DNA from: Candidatus Woesearchaeota archaeon
Lineage (GTDB): Archaea; Nanobdellota; Nanobdellia; Woesearchaeales; JAFCFN01
NCBI GenBank assembly: GCA_017608625.1
Contig: JAFCFN010000003.1
Location: 3,068 to 67,067 of the forward strand
Direction: 5' to 3'
DNA length: 64,000 nt
Numbering within the stretch: the first letter of the stretch is position 1; each line of letters begins with the position of its first letter. The notes beneath the pieces were generated by a model, which was not told where the DNA came from, ran no database searches, and worked only from the letters and a program-made list of their open reading frames with translations. Position numbers and translations under genes: made by a program. Shown one piece after another: positions 1 through 9,250 of the stretch.

Positions 1-188
1 ACCTTAACTGAAAAAGGATATCTTCCTTGATCAAAAACCTCTGTAGGAGGAGCTCCTTCTGTAAAACTCAAAACTAATCCTTGAGAACCTCCAGCAAAAG
101 CAGTACCAATTTCCACTTCTTCAGCACATTTTTGTCCACCTATTAATAAGAAAAATGTCACCAGAATCAAAATAACTTCTTTTCTCAT
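1..188 (-). CDS. Partial (runs off window) secreted/lipoprotein-like protein, paralogue of the 238..1170 and 1214..2161 proteins
   Basis: Not in ORF track. My translation: MRKEVILILVTFFLLIGGQKCAEEVEIGTAFAGGSQGLVLSFTEGAPPTEVFDQ. GGAGGT SD upstream. Shares the G-x-x-G-L-V-L-S-F-x3-PP motif with its neighbours. Confidence 0.8.
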   Translation of the reverse strand, partial: MRKEVILILVTFFLLIGGQKCAEEVEIGTAFAGGSQGLVLSFTEGAPPTEVFDQGRYPFSVK

Positions 189-237
189 TTTACCTCCTTT
201 TTTATTTCAAATGGTTTTTTATTAATAAATCTTTTGT

Positions 238-1170
238 CTATTCAGGTGTTTTTATTATTTCTATTTGTTTTGATATTGAAGACATATAACCATAATCCAG
301 CTGAATCTTCAAAGGAGTTTCATAAGCATCTCCTGTTGTTGGTTTGCTTGCATAACAAATTATAAAACCTCGATTATTGTACAGATCAATTTGATAATCA
401 TTCGGCCTACAATCATACAAAGGCTCCCCAGAAATCTCTGCTGAAAAATCAACCCTATTTAAATTTGTATAATCTAATCTTCCAGGACAAGCATCAAGCT
501 GGTCAACATCAACAACCAAGCCATCTCCAACATTCTGAACATATATCTTGAATTGTATTTTATCCTTCATCACAGCTTCCTCAACTCTGGTAACAGCAAC
601 AGGTCCTCCTTGGGAAGTTAAACTTACATCATGAACAGTACATACTTTTTCCCTAACCTCTGCTGAATAAGGATTGGGATCTATGCAAACAACAGGAGTG
701 GCTATTGTTTGATACTCATAACATGCTGTTGCTAACAAAGCAGGTTTGTAAGACTCAACTCCTTCTGGTAATTGTATTATAGAAGAAGTAAAATCTACTA
801 CGCTGTATCCTCCTTCTGGATTATACTGATCCTTTCCAAATAAATTTCTATCAATCTCTTGCCAATCACCTTCATCAAATATAATATAATTTGGATCAAA
901 ACCTCTCAAGTAAAGCTTTCCTATAAAATTCTTATTCTCTGTAGAAGAAGGATAAGCACCTTTATTTTTTATCTCTATCCCAACCCTTAACTCATCTAAA
1001 TCATAAATCTTATTAGGAGGCATATTGTTCATAAAACTCAAAACCAATCCTTGATTACCAACCCTATATTTAGATTCTACAACCTCTTCTCTAGCTTTTC
1101 TCGGACATGCTTGGCCAGCTATAAGTAAGAAAATTGTTATTAAAGCAATTATACCTATTTTTTTATCCAT
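238..1170 (-). CDS. Secreted/lipoprotein-like hypothetical protein (beta-rich, Cys-containing)
   Basis: Signal-like N-terminus followed by Cys (AGQAC). Motifs YQTIATPVVCIDP, SQGGPVAVTRVE and LDYGY shared with the next ORF. Confidence 0.8.
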   Translation of the reverse strand: MDKKIGIIALITIFLLIAGQACPRKAREEVVESKYRVGNQGLVLSFMNNMPPNKIYDLDELRVGIEIKNKGAYPSSTENKNFIGKLYLRGFDPNYIIFDEGDWQEIDRNLFGKDQYNPEGGYSVVDFTSSIIQLPEGVESYKPALLATACYEYQTIATPVVCIDPNPYSAEVREKVCTVHDVSLTSQGGPVAVTRVEEAVMKDKIQFKIYVQNVGDGLVVDVDQLDACPGRLDYTNLNRVDFSAEISGEPLYDCRPNDYQIDLYNNRGFIICYASKPTTGDAYETPLKIQLDYGYMSSISKQIEIIKTPE

Positions 1171-1213
1171 CTTTTATAATAATTTATTTTTTTATTTAAA
1201 ACTTTTTCTAATA

Positions 1214-2161
1214 TTATTTCTCTATTATAATTTCTCTTGATATGGTGGATGTATAACCGTACTCCAGTTTAATGTTTAAAACAGTTTCATAAGCTAACTC
1301 TTCTTTATCTATCCAATCCTGTTCTAGAGCAGAACATCTTACAAAATTTCTTGTTTTGGTTAATTTTACAGGATTTGGAGTACAGCTTAATTCCTTGCCA
1401 GATAAATATGCCTTTACATTAACTATATTCCATGAATCCTTGCTTAAACCAGTTGCAGAGCAAGCCTCTTCTATATCATCCTTATTAACAATTTGACCAT
1501 TACCTTTATTTGTTATATAAATCAAAAATTGAGGCTCTACTTTATCCCCATGTACAATCATCTTTTGTTCAACTTTTGTAACAGCAACTGGAGCGCCTTG
1601 AGAATTTAAACCAATATCTTTAACAGCACATGACTTTTCCCCAGCCCTTAAATTATAAACATCAGGATCAATACATACAGTTGGATTTACTGTTGTAGAA
1701 TATTTATAGCAAGTTGTTAAGCCAATTGTGCTTGTGTGACTTTCCATCAATTCTTCTATTTTTTTTGTCTTAGCTGTTATTTTTATAATACCCTCTCCTC
1801 CGTATATATTGTACTCAGATTTACCTTCTAAATCAAAAATCACTTGCTCAGGACCAAAACCAGAACTAACAATAGGCTCTTCAAAACTCCAGTCATACAG
1901 CTCAACATAATCTTTTTCTAAACTAAGAGTTAGATAACCTCCCTCAACATCAGAAACACCTTTATTTTTAATATTAGCTATAATTTGAAACTCACTATCT
2001 TCTGCTATTTTATCAGGAGGAGCCCCATTTAAAAACTCCATCACTATTCCTTCCGTTCCTTTATAGATGTCAATTGGTTGAGGTTTTTGAATAAAAGTAC
2101 ATCTTGTATAACCTGAAATAAAGAGCAATACCAAGATTAAAAATAAAATTGTTTTTTTCAT
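1214..2161 (-). CDS. Secreted/lipoprotein-like hypothetical protein, paralogue of 238..1170
   Basis: Signal-like N-terminus plus Cys (SGYTRC). Motifs YSTTVNPTVCIDP, SQGAPVAVTKVE, LEYGY. Confidence 0.8.
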   Translation of the reverse strand: MKKTILFLILVLLFISGYTRCTFIQKPQPIDIYKGTEGIVMEFLNGAPPDKIAEDSEFQIIANIKNKGVSDVEGGYLTLSLEKDYVELYDWSFEEPIVSSGFGPEQVIFDLEGKSEYNIYGGEGIIKITAKTKKIEELMESHTSTIGLTTCYKYSTTVNPTVCIDPDVYNLRAGEKSCAVKDIGLNSQGAPVAVTKVEQKMIVHGDKVEPQFLIYITNKGNGQIVNKDDIEEACSATGLSKDSWNIVNVKAYLSGKELSCTPNPVKLTKTRNFVRCSALEQDWIDKEELAYETVLNIKLEYGYTSTISREIIIEK

Positions 2162-4020
2162 TCTATACCTTGGATTTTAGCCCTGTATGCAGTGACTTCA
2201 TTATACCACTGATCTTTCGCTTCTGCATAACAATGGGTGCTTGTTTCAAAACCAGAACCCTGAATACAAACTATTTTTGCAGGAGTATCTTGACCGTATC
2301 CATCAACATAATTCTGTTTAATCAAACGATAAAATTCAGTTATACTATCTCTAATTGTACCAAATTTTCTGTATATTGGATGTAATACACACTGTGTACC
2401 TGTACCGATAAATGAAATGCCAAAAAGATTCCTACAATCTTTCGAAACAATACTTCTGTAGCCCCAACTTTCATGCATTGCAACAGCAATAGCAAAGGCA
2501 GGATCTATATCATACATTGCTCCATAATTATAAAAGTTATCAACCTGATTTATCAAATCAGGTGCATACTGTGTAAGATAACTTTTGATTTGATCTTTTG
2601 TCACTTTTTGTTCCATTTTAGACCAAACAACTGTTCCTTTAGATAAAGCAGTAGCAGTTGATTTCGCATCTTCCAAAATTGAAGGCTTCTTGGTAATAGC
2701 TTCTGTTTCTTCTCCTTTTTTGACACTAACAACTGTTGACTTATTCAATCTATAATTATATTCTACTATAACTTTAAAATACCTTGTTGCTATTGGTGTT
2801 GTTCCTAACAACCTTAAATCAGGATCTACATTAAAATCACATTTAAATGTTTCAAATGTTTCAACTTTCAATTTTTTAGGTTTTGATAAAATATATAAGT
2901 TATAGCCTTCTTCACATTCTTCCATTGGAGCACCTTTACCATAACATTGCTGATATCTGAAATCATAACCTTTTTCACAACTTAAATTATCCATGCTCAA
3001 ACCATCAGGAACTTTTATTATTAAATTTGTAATTTCTTTTATTCCTCCATCCCATCTATTATTTAGAGTGACTCCTAAAGAAACTGAATTCAGATATTTC
3101 CTAGATGGTTCAGTATAAATTCCAATAGGCTGCTTTCCTGTTTCAACTTGCATACCAATTTCAACTGGACCATTACTATAAATAGCAACGGGGCTTTTAT
3201 CCTTTATTCCATATTGATCCAGAACATCAATCCCCTCCCTTGTCATTGTTCTTAATCTTGTTTTATCAATAAAATAACTTTTAATATAAGCCATCGTCTT
3301 AAAATTAAAATCAGCATTAAAAGTAACTTTGTGTATTCCTTCTGACAAAGGAGGCAAGTTGCACTCAATATCTTCTTCCTCATAGAGATCAATAGCATAA
3401 TCCTTTGTTAAATATTTTGGATTTATTTGTCCTTTAATCTCCTTCGCATTACAACCAACACTTACATTAACAGGCTCATCAAGAACTTTTGCTTTTAGAG
3501 TAGCCCACACTATCACGGGTTCATTAGAATAAAAATAAGGATCAGCTGGCTTTAGATCTTCCAAATAAACACCAATAGGTTCATACCTGTTTTTATCAAC
3601 TTTGCCTGTAAAATAGTCTCCTGTTAAAGCAGCTTCATATTTTTTCTGATATTCAGTTATTTTCTCAAACGGTTTTATAAATATCATTCCTACTTTAGTT
3701 AGAAGTCCACCAATTTTTTGTCCAAGTGTTTCACCAGGCATTGCAAGGTAAATACTTTTGCCAAACCAATATAGCCCTATAAAAATAATGAAAATAATAG
3801 GTAAAATAATAAAAAAAGATTTCCAATTTTCTGTCCTTTTATAAACATAAAAATAATCAAAAATTCCTGCTAAGAAAAGCAAAATAAGAACAACAAAGAC
3901 ACCCAATATCTGAAAGCCAAGAAACCATACTAAAATCATTGTTATTATAATTGCTATAATTGAAAAAACAAGCCCTAAAATATCATTTCCAGTTTCTCTA
4001 ATCCCTATCTCATCAACCAT
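2158..4020 (-). CDS. Membrane-anchored protein with C-terminal GH73/glucosaminidase (lysozyme-fold) domain
   Basis: Three N-terminal TM segments. C-terminal YDIDPAFAIAVAMHES...NLFGI...YRKF...DSI...YA...W pattern typical of glucosaminidases. Confidence 0.7.
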   Translation of the reverse strand: MVDEIGIRETGNDILGLVFSIIAIIITMILVWFLGFQILGVFVVLILLFLAGIFDYFYVYKRTENWKSFFIILPIIFIIFIGLYWFGKSIYLAMPGETLGQKIGGLLTKVGMIFIKPFEKITEYQKKYEAALTGDYFTGKVDKNRYEPIGVYLEDLKPADPYFYSNEPVIVWATLKAKVLDEPVNVSVGCNAKEIKGQINPKYLTKDYAIDLYEEEDIECNLPPLSEGIHKVTFNADFNFKTMAYIKSYFIDKTRLRTMTREGIDVLDQYGIKDKSPVAIYSNGPVEIGMQVETGKQPIGIYTEPSRKYLNSVSLGVTLNNRWDGGIKEITNLIIKVPDGLSMDNLSCEKGYDFRYQQCYGKGAPMEECEEGYNLYILSKPKKLKVETFETFKCDFNVDPDLRLLGTTPIATRYFKVIVEYNYRLNKSTVVSVKKGEETEAITKKPSILEDAKSTATALSKGTVVWSKMEQKVTKDQIKSYLTQYAPDLINQVDNFYNYGAMYDIDPAFAIAVAMHESWGYRSIVSKDCRNLFGISFIGTGTQCVLHPIYRKFGTIRDSITEFYRLIKQNYVDGYGQDTPAKIVCIQGSGFETSTHCYAEAKDQWYNEVTAYRAKIQGIE

Positions 4021-4044
4021 TCTACCTCTTTTTTAAAAAGAAAA

Positions 4045-5214
4045 TCACTCTAACTTAACACTTAAATCAACAATATCCATTGTTATTGAAGGCTCTATCT
4101 TAACTGCATTATTACCTTTTATAACATGATCACTAATATCAAACTCATAAATCTGATCCTTTCCATCTATGTATAATGTTTTTGAATTAACAATGATTTT
4201 TGCAGCCTTATACGCAATATTATCTGCAAACTTTAGCTTTAAACTAACTCTTCTGTCTTTATTTTGAATAGCATTATACTGCTCATCATTCAAATTAAAG
4301 TAATATGTTGGATGAACATATTCTCTAAGATAAGATGCAACCTTTATTTGATCCAATAGATAATCCCCCGCCGTTGTAGTAAATCTAATATTGTTTTCAT
4401 CAGAATTAATATGTGAAGGTGAAAACTCTATAGCAGGTAACGGACTATTACAATAATCAGGCTTACCAGAGAATATGGTGTTTCCATTAATTTCTATAGT
4501 GAGCTTCCCAACTAAGCTTAAGTTACAATAAGGTACAAACTTTAATCTTGCATACTCTAAATGATTCTTCTCAGTTGCAGAAACGAGGAATACAGCAGAC
4601 GCTGTCTGTCCACTAACATCAGTCACATCTCCCGTAATAACAATATTTTCAAGCGTATAAGAATTGCTACCAAGAATACCTGCTCTAGAAACACTAAATT
4701 TCAAAATATTTTCTCCTTCTTTAAGGTACTCTTTTGGTAGCTCTAGTGGCTGAGCTGTTTTTATTTCTTTGTTAAGTATCTCTTTATCATTCAAAATTAC
4801 TATTAATCTACCGTCACTTTCTTTAACAGAATAACCTAAAATGACATTATCTGTATTTTCCAAATCACCTATTGTAAAGTTAATCTCTTTTGATTTTCCT
4901 CCTAATAACCATCTACTTACATGAATTGAATCTAATTTTTTGAATATGACACCTTCTGTTTTAGTATATAAATGCAGAGTAGGAATAGAATGTTCTATCT
5001 TATCTTCTTCTAAATAATCCAATCTTCCAGGATGCGCTAAAAGAAGCATCTCTTCTTCAGCAGCCCCTACCTCTTCTTCTGTTACATTCTCTCCATACAA
5101 TAACTCATGTCTTTGAGCAGGAGGTAATAAAGCAATATACAAAACAATAATTAAAGCAATAATAGCAATAAGAGTAGCAGCTCTACCACCAGAGATCTGA
5201 GCCTTTTTAAGCAT
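4045..5214 (-). CDS. Surface protein with class III (prepilin-like) signal peptide
   Basis: MLKKAQ followed by a hydrophobic helix. Beta-rich repeated modules ending in GENIL / ENNIR / GNNAV. Confidence 0.65.
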   Translation of the reverse strand: MLKKAQISGGRAATLIAIIALIIVLYIALLPPAQRHELLYGENVTEEEVGAAEEEMLLLAHPGRLDYLEEDKIEHSIPTLHLYTKTEGVIFKKLDSIHVSRWLLGGKSKEINFTIGDLENTDNVILGYSVKESDGRLIVILNDKEILNKEIKTAQPLELPKEYLKEGENILKFSVSRAGILGSNSYTLENIVITGDVTDVSGQTASAVFLVSATEKNHLEYARLKFVPYCNLSLVGKLTIEINGNTIFSGKPDYCNSPLPAIEFSPSHINSDENNIRFTTTAGDYLLDQIKVASYLREYVHPTYYFNLNDEQYNAIQNKDRRVSLKLKFADNIAYKAAKIIVNSKTLYIDGKDQIYEFDISDHVIKGNNAVKIEPSITMDIVDLSVKLE

Positions 5215-5310
5215 TAATAATCACCTCAGAATAACTAATTAAAGTTATCATATATAAAAATTTCTCTTTAAATCGCTATTTATTTAAATAGTCTTTAATA
5301 TATTAAAAAT

Positions 5311-6366
5311 ATGCAGCTCATAACAAAAAACATCAAAAAAGGATTTGTAAAGCTGAAGATACAAAATCTGGATGATTTATGGTATCTAAGTAATATAATG
5401 AACAAAGGAGATTTAATTAGAGCTCAGACCATAAGAAAAATAAAAATAGGTAAAGAAGAAGAAAGAAAACAGGCAATAGTAAAGAAAAAGATAACACTCA
5501 CGATTAAAGCAGAAAAAGTTGAATATAAAGCAGATTCTTTAAGAGTAGGAGGAAAAATAACAGAATGCCCAGAAGATATTCAGAAAGGCAGCTGGCATTC
5601 ATTTAATTTAACAGTCAATTCTATTTTAACAATAATAAAAAATGAGTGGTTAAAATATCAGTTAGACTGGCTAAAGCAAGCTTCTAAAGAGAAAATTCCT
5701 AAAATTTTAATCTGTTGTTTAGATAGGGAAGAAGCATATTTTGCTTTATTAAAAAGAGCAGGTTACGAAATTCTTAGTCATATAAAAGGAAAAGTGGCCA
5801 AAAAAGCAGTTGAGGAAAAACTAAAAACAACTTTTTGGCAAGAACTTGCTAAGAAAACCAAAGAATATGATGAGAAACTAAAACTAGATAAAATAATTAT
5901 TGCAAGCCCATCCTTTTGGAAAGAATACTTGATTAAAGAAATAAAAGATCATTCTCTGAAAGAAAAGATCGTATTAGCTAGTTGCTCCAGTGTTGATAAA
6001 ACAGGTTTGAATGAAGTGTTAAAAAGACCAGAGCTAGTTAATGTTCTGAAAGAAGAAAGAATAGCAGAAGAAATTAATCTAGTAGAGGAATTATTAACAG
6101 AAATCAAAAAACAGGGAAAAGTTAGTTACGGCTTAAAAGAAACAGAACAAGCAATTAATTCAGGAGCTGTTGAAAAATTATTGGTTACTGATTCTTTCTT
6201 AAAACAAATGAGAGAGCAAGAGAAAGCAGATCAGATAAATCAACTAATGAAACTAACAGAACAAATGAAAGGTTCTGTTATAATTATTTCTTCAGAACAT
6301 GAAGGCGGAAAAAAACTAGATTCTTTGGGCGGAGTAGGAGCATTATTAAGGTATAAAATTAATTAA
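5311..6366 (+). CDS. pelA: mRNA surveillance protein Pelota
   Basis: LDDLWYL, GSWHSF, SSEHEGGKKLDSLGGVGALLRY. Confidence 0.95.
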   Translation: MQLITKNIKKGFVKLKIQNLDDLWYLSNIMNKGDLIRAQTIRKIKIGKEEERKQAIVKKKITLTIKAEKVEYKADSLRVGGKITECPEDIQKGSWHSFNLTVNSILTIIKNEWLKYQLDWLKQASKEKIPKILICCLDREEAYFALLKRAGYEILSHIKGKVAKKAVEEKLKTTFWQELAKKTKEYDEKLKLDKIIIASPSFWKEYLIKEIKDHSLKEKIVLASCSSVDKTGLNEVLKRPELVNVLKEERIAEEINLVEELLTEIKKQGKVSYGLKETEQAINSGAVEKLLVTDSFLKQMREQEKADQINQLMKLTEQMKGSVIIISSEHEGGKKLDSLGGVGALLRYKIN

Positions 6367-6917
6367 ATCAGACTCATCACCAATCCAGCTACTACACCAA
6401 TGGTTAGATTATCATCAAGTTTAATTAACTTGGAGTATAGTTCAGCCAAAGTTGCTGCCAAAGAGCCAATTATTATTAAAATCAGATTCAAGTTTAATAT
6501 TAGTCCAATAATAAAGCATGAGACGAAGCATCCCAAGGAGCCTTCTAAACTTTTCTTTCTAAATATTTTTGTTTTCCCAAACTTTGTACCAATCAATTCA
6601 GCAAAAAAATCACCATAAATTAAAAACAAGACAGCAGCTATAGCAACATCTTTTGTAAAAAATAAAAATGGCAAAAGAATTCCTATAAAGAATAAAGGAA
6701 TTGTAGAAAATTTATTTCTTTCTTTAGACTTTAAATACGCTTTAAATTTTTTGAATAAATAAGCATTATATCTTTTATTATTTAATCTAATTAATTCATT
6801 AATACATAACAAAATAATAAAAGATATTAAAAAAATATTGGAATTGGTGAACAGAAACAATAGTAAAAATCCAGTACCCATTAACAATCTTATTATGATC
6901 TTTCTCCAGATTTTCAT
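6363..6917 (-). CDS. Dolichol/phytol kinase-like (cytidylyltransferase family) membrane protein
   Basis: GDFFAELIG...KKSLEGS...DDNLTI motifs, hydrophobic. Confidence 0.85.
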   Translation of the reverse strand: MKIWRKIIIRLLMGTGFLLLFLFTNSNIFLISFIILLCINELIRLNNKRYNAYLFKKFKAYLKSKERNKFSTIPLFFIGILLPFLFFTKDVAIAAVLFLIYGDFFAELIGTKFGKTKIFRKKSLEGSLGCFVSCFIIGLILNLNLILIIIGSLAATLAELYSKLIKLDDNLTIGVVAGLVMSLI

Positions 6918-7294
6918 TTTTTATTTTTTATCAGCTCTTGTATTAGTTTTCTATATTCTTTATTTCTCCAAATCATGTTTGTTATCTTCTCCAAATCTTC
7001 TTCAGGTTCTTCATTTTCTATTATACCAACATCTTCGTAATGTATTCCTATTACCTCATGAATTATACTTTTTTCTATTTCTTCTTTAGGCCACAACGTT
7101 GAGATTATGATATAATCACCAACATTTCTTGCAGCTTTAATATCGTTTCCTTCAAGCATAAGATATTTGTCAATAAATTCTATTTTATTTTCTTCTAATA
7201 CATTCCTTAAGACATTTTCAAATTTCTTGAGACAACCATTTATTGTTCTTAAATAAACTTTATTTCCTTGACATACACAATATTTATCTAACAT
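6914..7294 (-). CDS. Hypothetical protein (possible zincin-like HE motif)
   Basis: ORF overlaps both neighbours in operon fashion; IIHEVIGIH. Confidence 0.55.
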   Translation of the reverse strand: MLDKYCVCQGNKVYLRTINGCLKKFENVLRNVLEENKIEFIDKYLMLEGNDIKAARNVGDYIIISTLWPKEEIEKSIIHEVIGIHYEDVGIIENEEPEEDLEKITNMIWRNKEYRKLIQELIKNKK

Positions 7295-8231
7295 CTTTGA
7301 CCAAAAATCTCACTAAATTAACAATATCTTCTACACTACACCCTCTTGATAAATCACAAACAGGTTTATCTAAACCTTGTATTATAGGACCAATTGCTTT
7401 AGCCTTGCAAAACCTCTCAACTAATTTATAACCAATATTAGCAGAGTCTAAATTAGGAAATATTAAAACATTCGCATCTCCTTTAATAATGCCTTTTGGA
7501 TTTTTCTTTTTTGCAATCCAAGGCACAATAGCAGCATCCAACTGCAATTCACCATCTATAATTAATTTTTTATTTTTTCTTTTGGCAATTTGAACAGCCT
7601 TCCTCACCTCATCTACACTTAGGCCTTTTGCAGAACCTTTTGTACTATAACTCAACATAGCCACTTTTGCTTTTTTTCCAGTTAATCTTTTAAAAGTTTT
7701 AGCAGATAATAAAGCAATCTCTGCTAAATCTTTAGAATCAGGATTAGCCTGAACAGCACAATCAGCAAATAGATATTTCTTATTATTAATCAACATTAGC
7801 ATAGCACCAGAAGCTTTGCATTTATTTTTAATAATCTGGAAAGCAGGAATCAAAATATCTTTTGTAGTGTGTTCAGCACCAGCTATTAAAATGTCTGCTT
7901 CACCAAGCTTTAACATTATTGTTGCAAAATAAATACTCTTTTTAACTAATTGCTGAGCTTTAGAAAAACTTAAACCTTTTCTTTTCCTTAATTTGTATAA
8001 TTCTTTAGCATATTTTTTTATTTCATTTGATCTTAAATTGCCTATTATTTCTACACCTTTTAATCTTAAACCTAGTTTATTCGCTTTTTTAAATATGTTT
8101 TTTATATTGCCTAAAAGAACTATTTTAGCCAATTTTTTCTTAGATGTAATATCTGTAGCCTTTAGAATTCTTTCATCTTCACCTTCAGGAAAAACAATTT
8201 TTTTAACACGTTTTTTAGTATATATATTCAT
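7284..8231 (-). CDS. pta: Phosphate acetyltransferase
   Basis: IVFPEGEDERIL, FADCA, MLSYSTKGS, DGELQLDAA, DLSRGCS. Confidence 0.93.
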   Translation of the reverse strand: MNIYTKKRVKKIVFPEGEDERILKATDITSKKKLAKIVLLGNIKNIFKKANKLGLRLKGVEIIGNLRSNEIKKYAKELYKLRKRKGLSFSKAQQLVKKSIYFATIMLKLGEADILIAGAEHTTKDILIPAFQIIKNKCKASGAMLMLINNKKYLFADCAVQANPDSKDLAEIALLSAKTFKRLTGKKAKVAMLSYSTKGSAKGLSVDEVRKAVQIAKRKNKKLIIDGELQLDAAIVPWIAKKKNPKGIIKGDANVLIFPNLDSANIGYKLVERFCKAKAIGPIIQGLDKPVCDLSRGCSVEDIVNLVRFLVKDVR

Positions 8232-8379
8232 TTTTAATTAATATTCCATATAAATCACCCCTATTTAAAAAGATTTTCTCAATAACACAAATATTTATAT
8301 ATGAGTTCTGTTTTATACTTGATAAGTCAAAACATACTGTTACTTAAAATAAATAAAAAAAGAGGGGGTAGGTTCAAAA

Positions 8380-9195
8380 ATGATTGTTAAAGAAGAATTT
8401 TTAAATAAGCTAAGAAGGTATTTTGGCTTAAATTTGTATGAAGTCAAGATATGGACAGCTCTTCTTTCAAGAGGAGTAAGCACAGCAGGAGAATTATCTG
8501 ATATAGCAAATGTCCCTAGATCAAGAAGTTATGATGTTCTCGAATCATTAGAAAAGAAGGGTTTTGTAATACTAAAATTAGGCATACTAAAATTAGGCAA
8601 ACCTATAAAATACTTAGCAGTTGCTCCTAATGAAGTTGTTGAAAGAGTTAAGAAAAATGTCCAAGAAGAAGCAAAAACAAAAATCAAGAATTTAGAGAAT
8701 TTAAAATCAACAGATGTTCTTCAAGAATTAAACTTATTACATAAACAAGGCATAGAACTAGTAGAACCAATGGATCTGAGTGGTTCCTTAAGAGGAAGAC
8801 ATAACATCTATAATCATATGGAATCAGCAATAAGAAATGCCTCAAAAACAGTTTCTATAATGACAACATCTGAAGGTTTACTAAGAAAAATAGATGCTTT
8901 AAAACCCACTCTAGAAAAAATAAAGAAAAAAGGAGTTAAAATAAGAATTGCAGCACCAATTACAAAAGAAACTAAAAAAATACTAAAGGATCTAGCAAAT
9001 ATAGCAGAGATCAAACACACAAACCAGAATTCAAGATTCTGTGTAATAGATGGTAAAGAACTTCTTTTGATGATGATGGATGACAAACAAGTACATCCTA
9101 CATATGATGTAGGAATATGGATAAAATCGCCTTATTTTGCCTCAACACTAGAGAATTTATTTGATCTCCACTGGAAAGGGATAAAAACACCATAA
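8380..9195 (+). CDS. TrmB-family transcriptional regulator
   Basis: GLNLYEVK...TAGELSDIANVPRSRSYDVLESLEKKGFV wHTH plus PLD-like effector domain. Confidence 0.9.
   Translation: MIVKEEFLNKLRRYFGLNLYEVKIWTALLSRGVSTAGELSDIANVPRSRSYDVLESLEKKGFVILKLGILKLGKPIKYLAVAPNEVVERVKKNVQEEAKTKIKNLENLKSTDVLQELNLLHKQGIELVEPMDLSGSLRGRHNIYNHMESAIRNASKTVSIMTTSEGLLRKIDALKPTLEKIKKKGVKIRIAAPITKETKKILKDLANIAEIKHTNQNSRFCVIDGKELLLMMMDDKQVHPTYDVGIWIKSPYFASTLENLFDLHWKGIKTP
8569..8598 (+). repeat. Perfect 15-bp tandem duplication (ATACTAAAATTAGGC x2) inside the TrmB gene
   Basis: Gives ILKLG-ILKLG in the protein. Confidence 0.9.
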
Positions 9196-9250
9196 ATAAC
9201 AAAAAAATAGGCAAAGATATTTAAATTCTTTTTCTTTTTCATTCTAAAAA

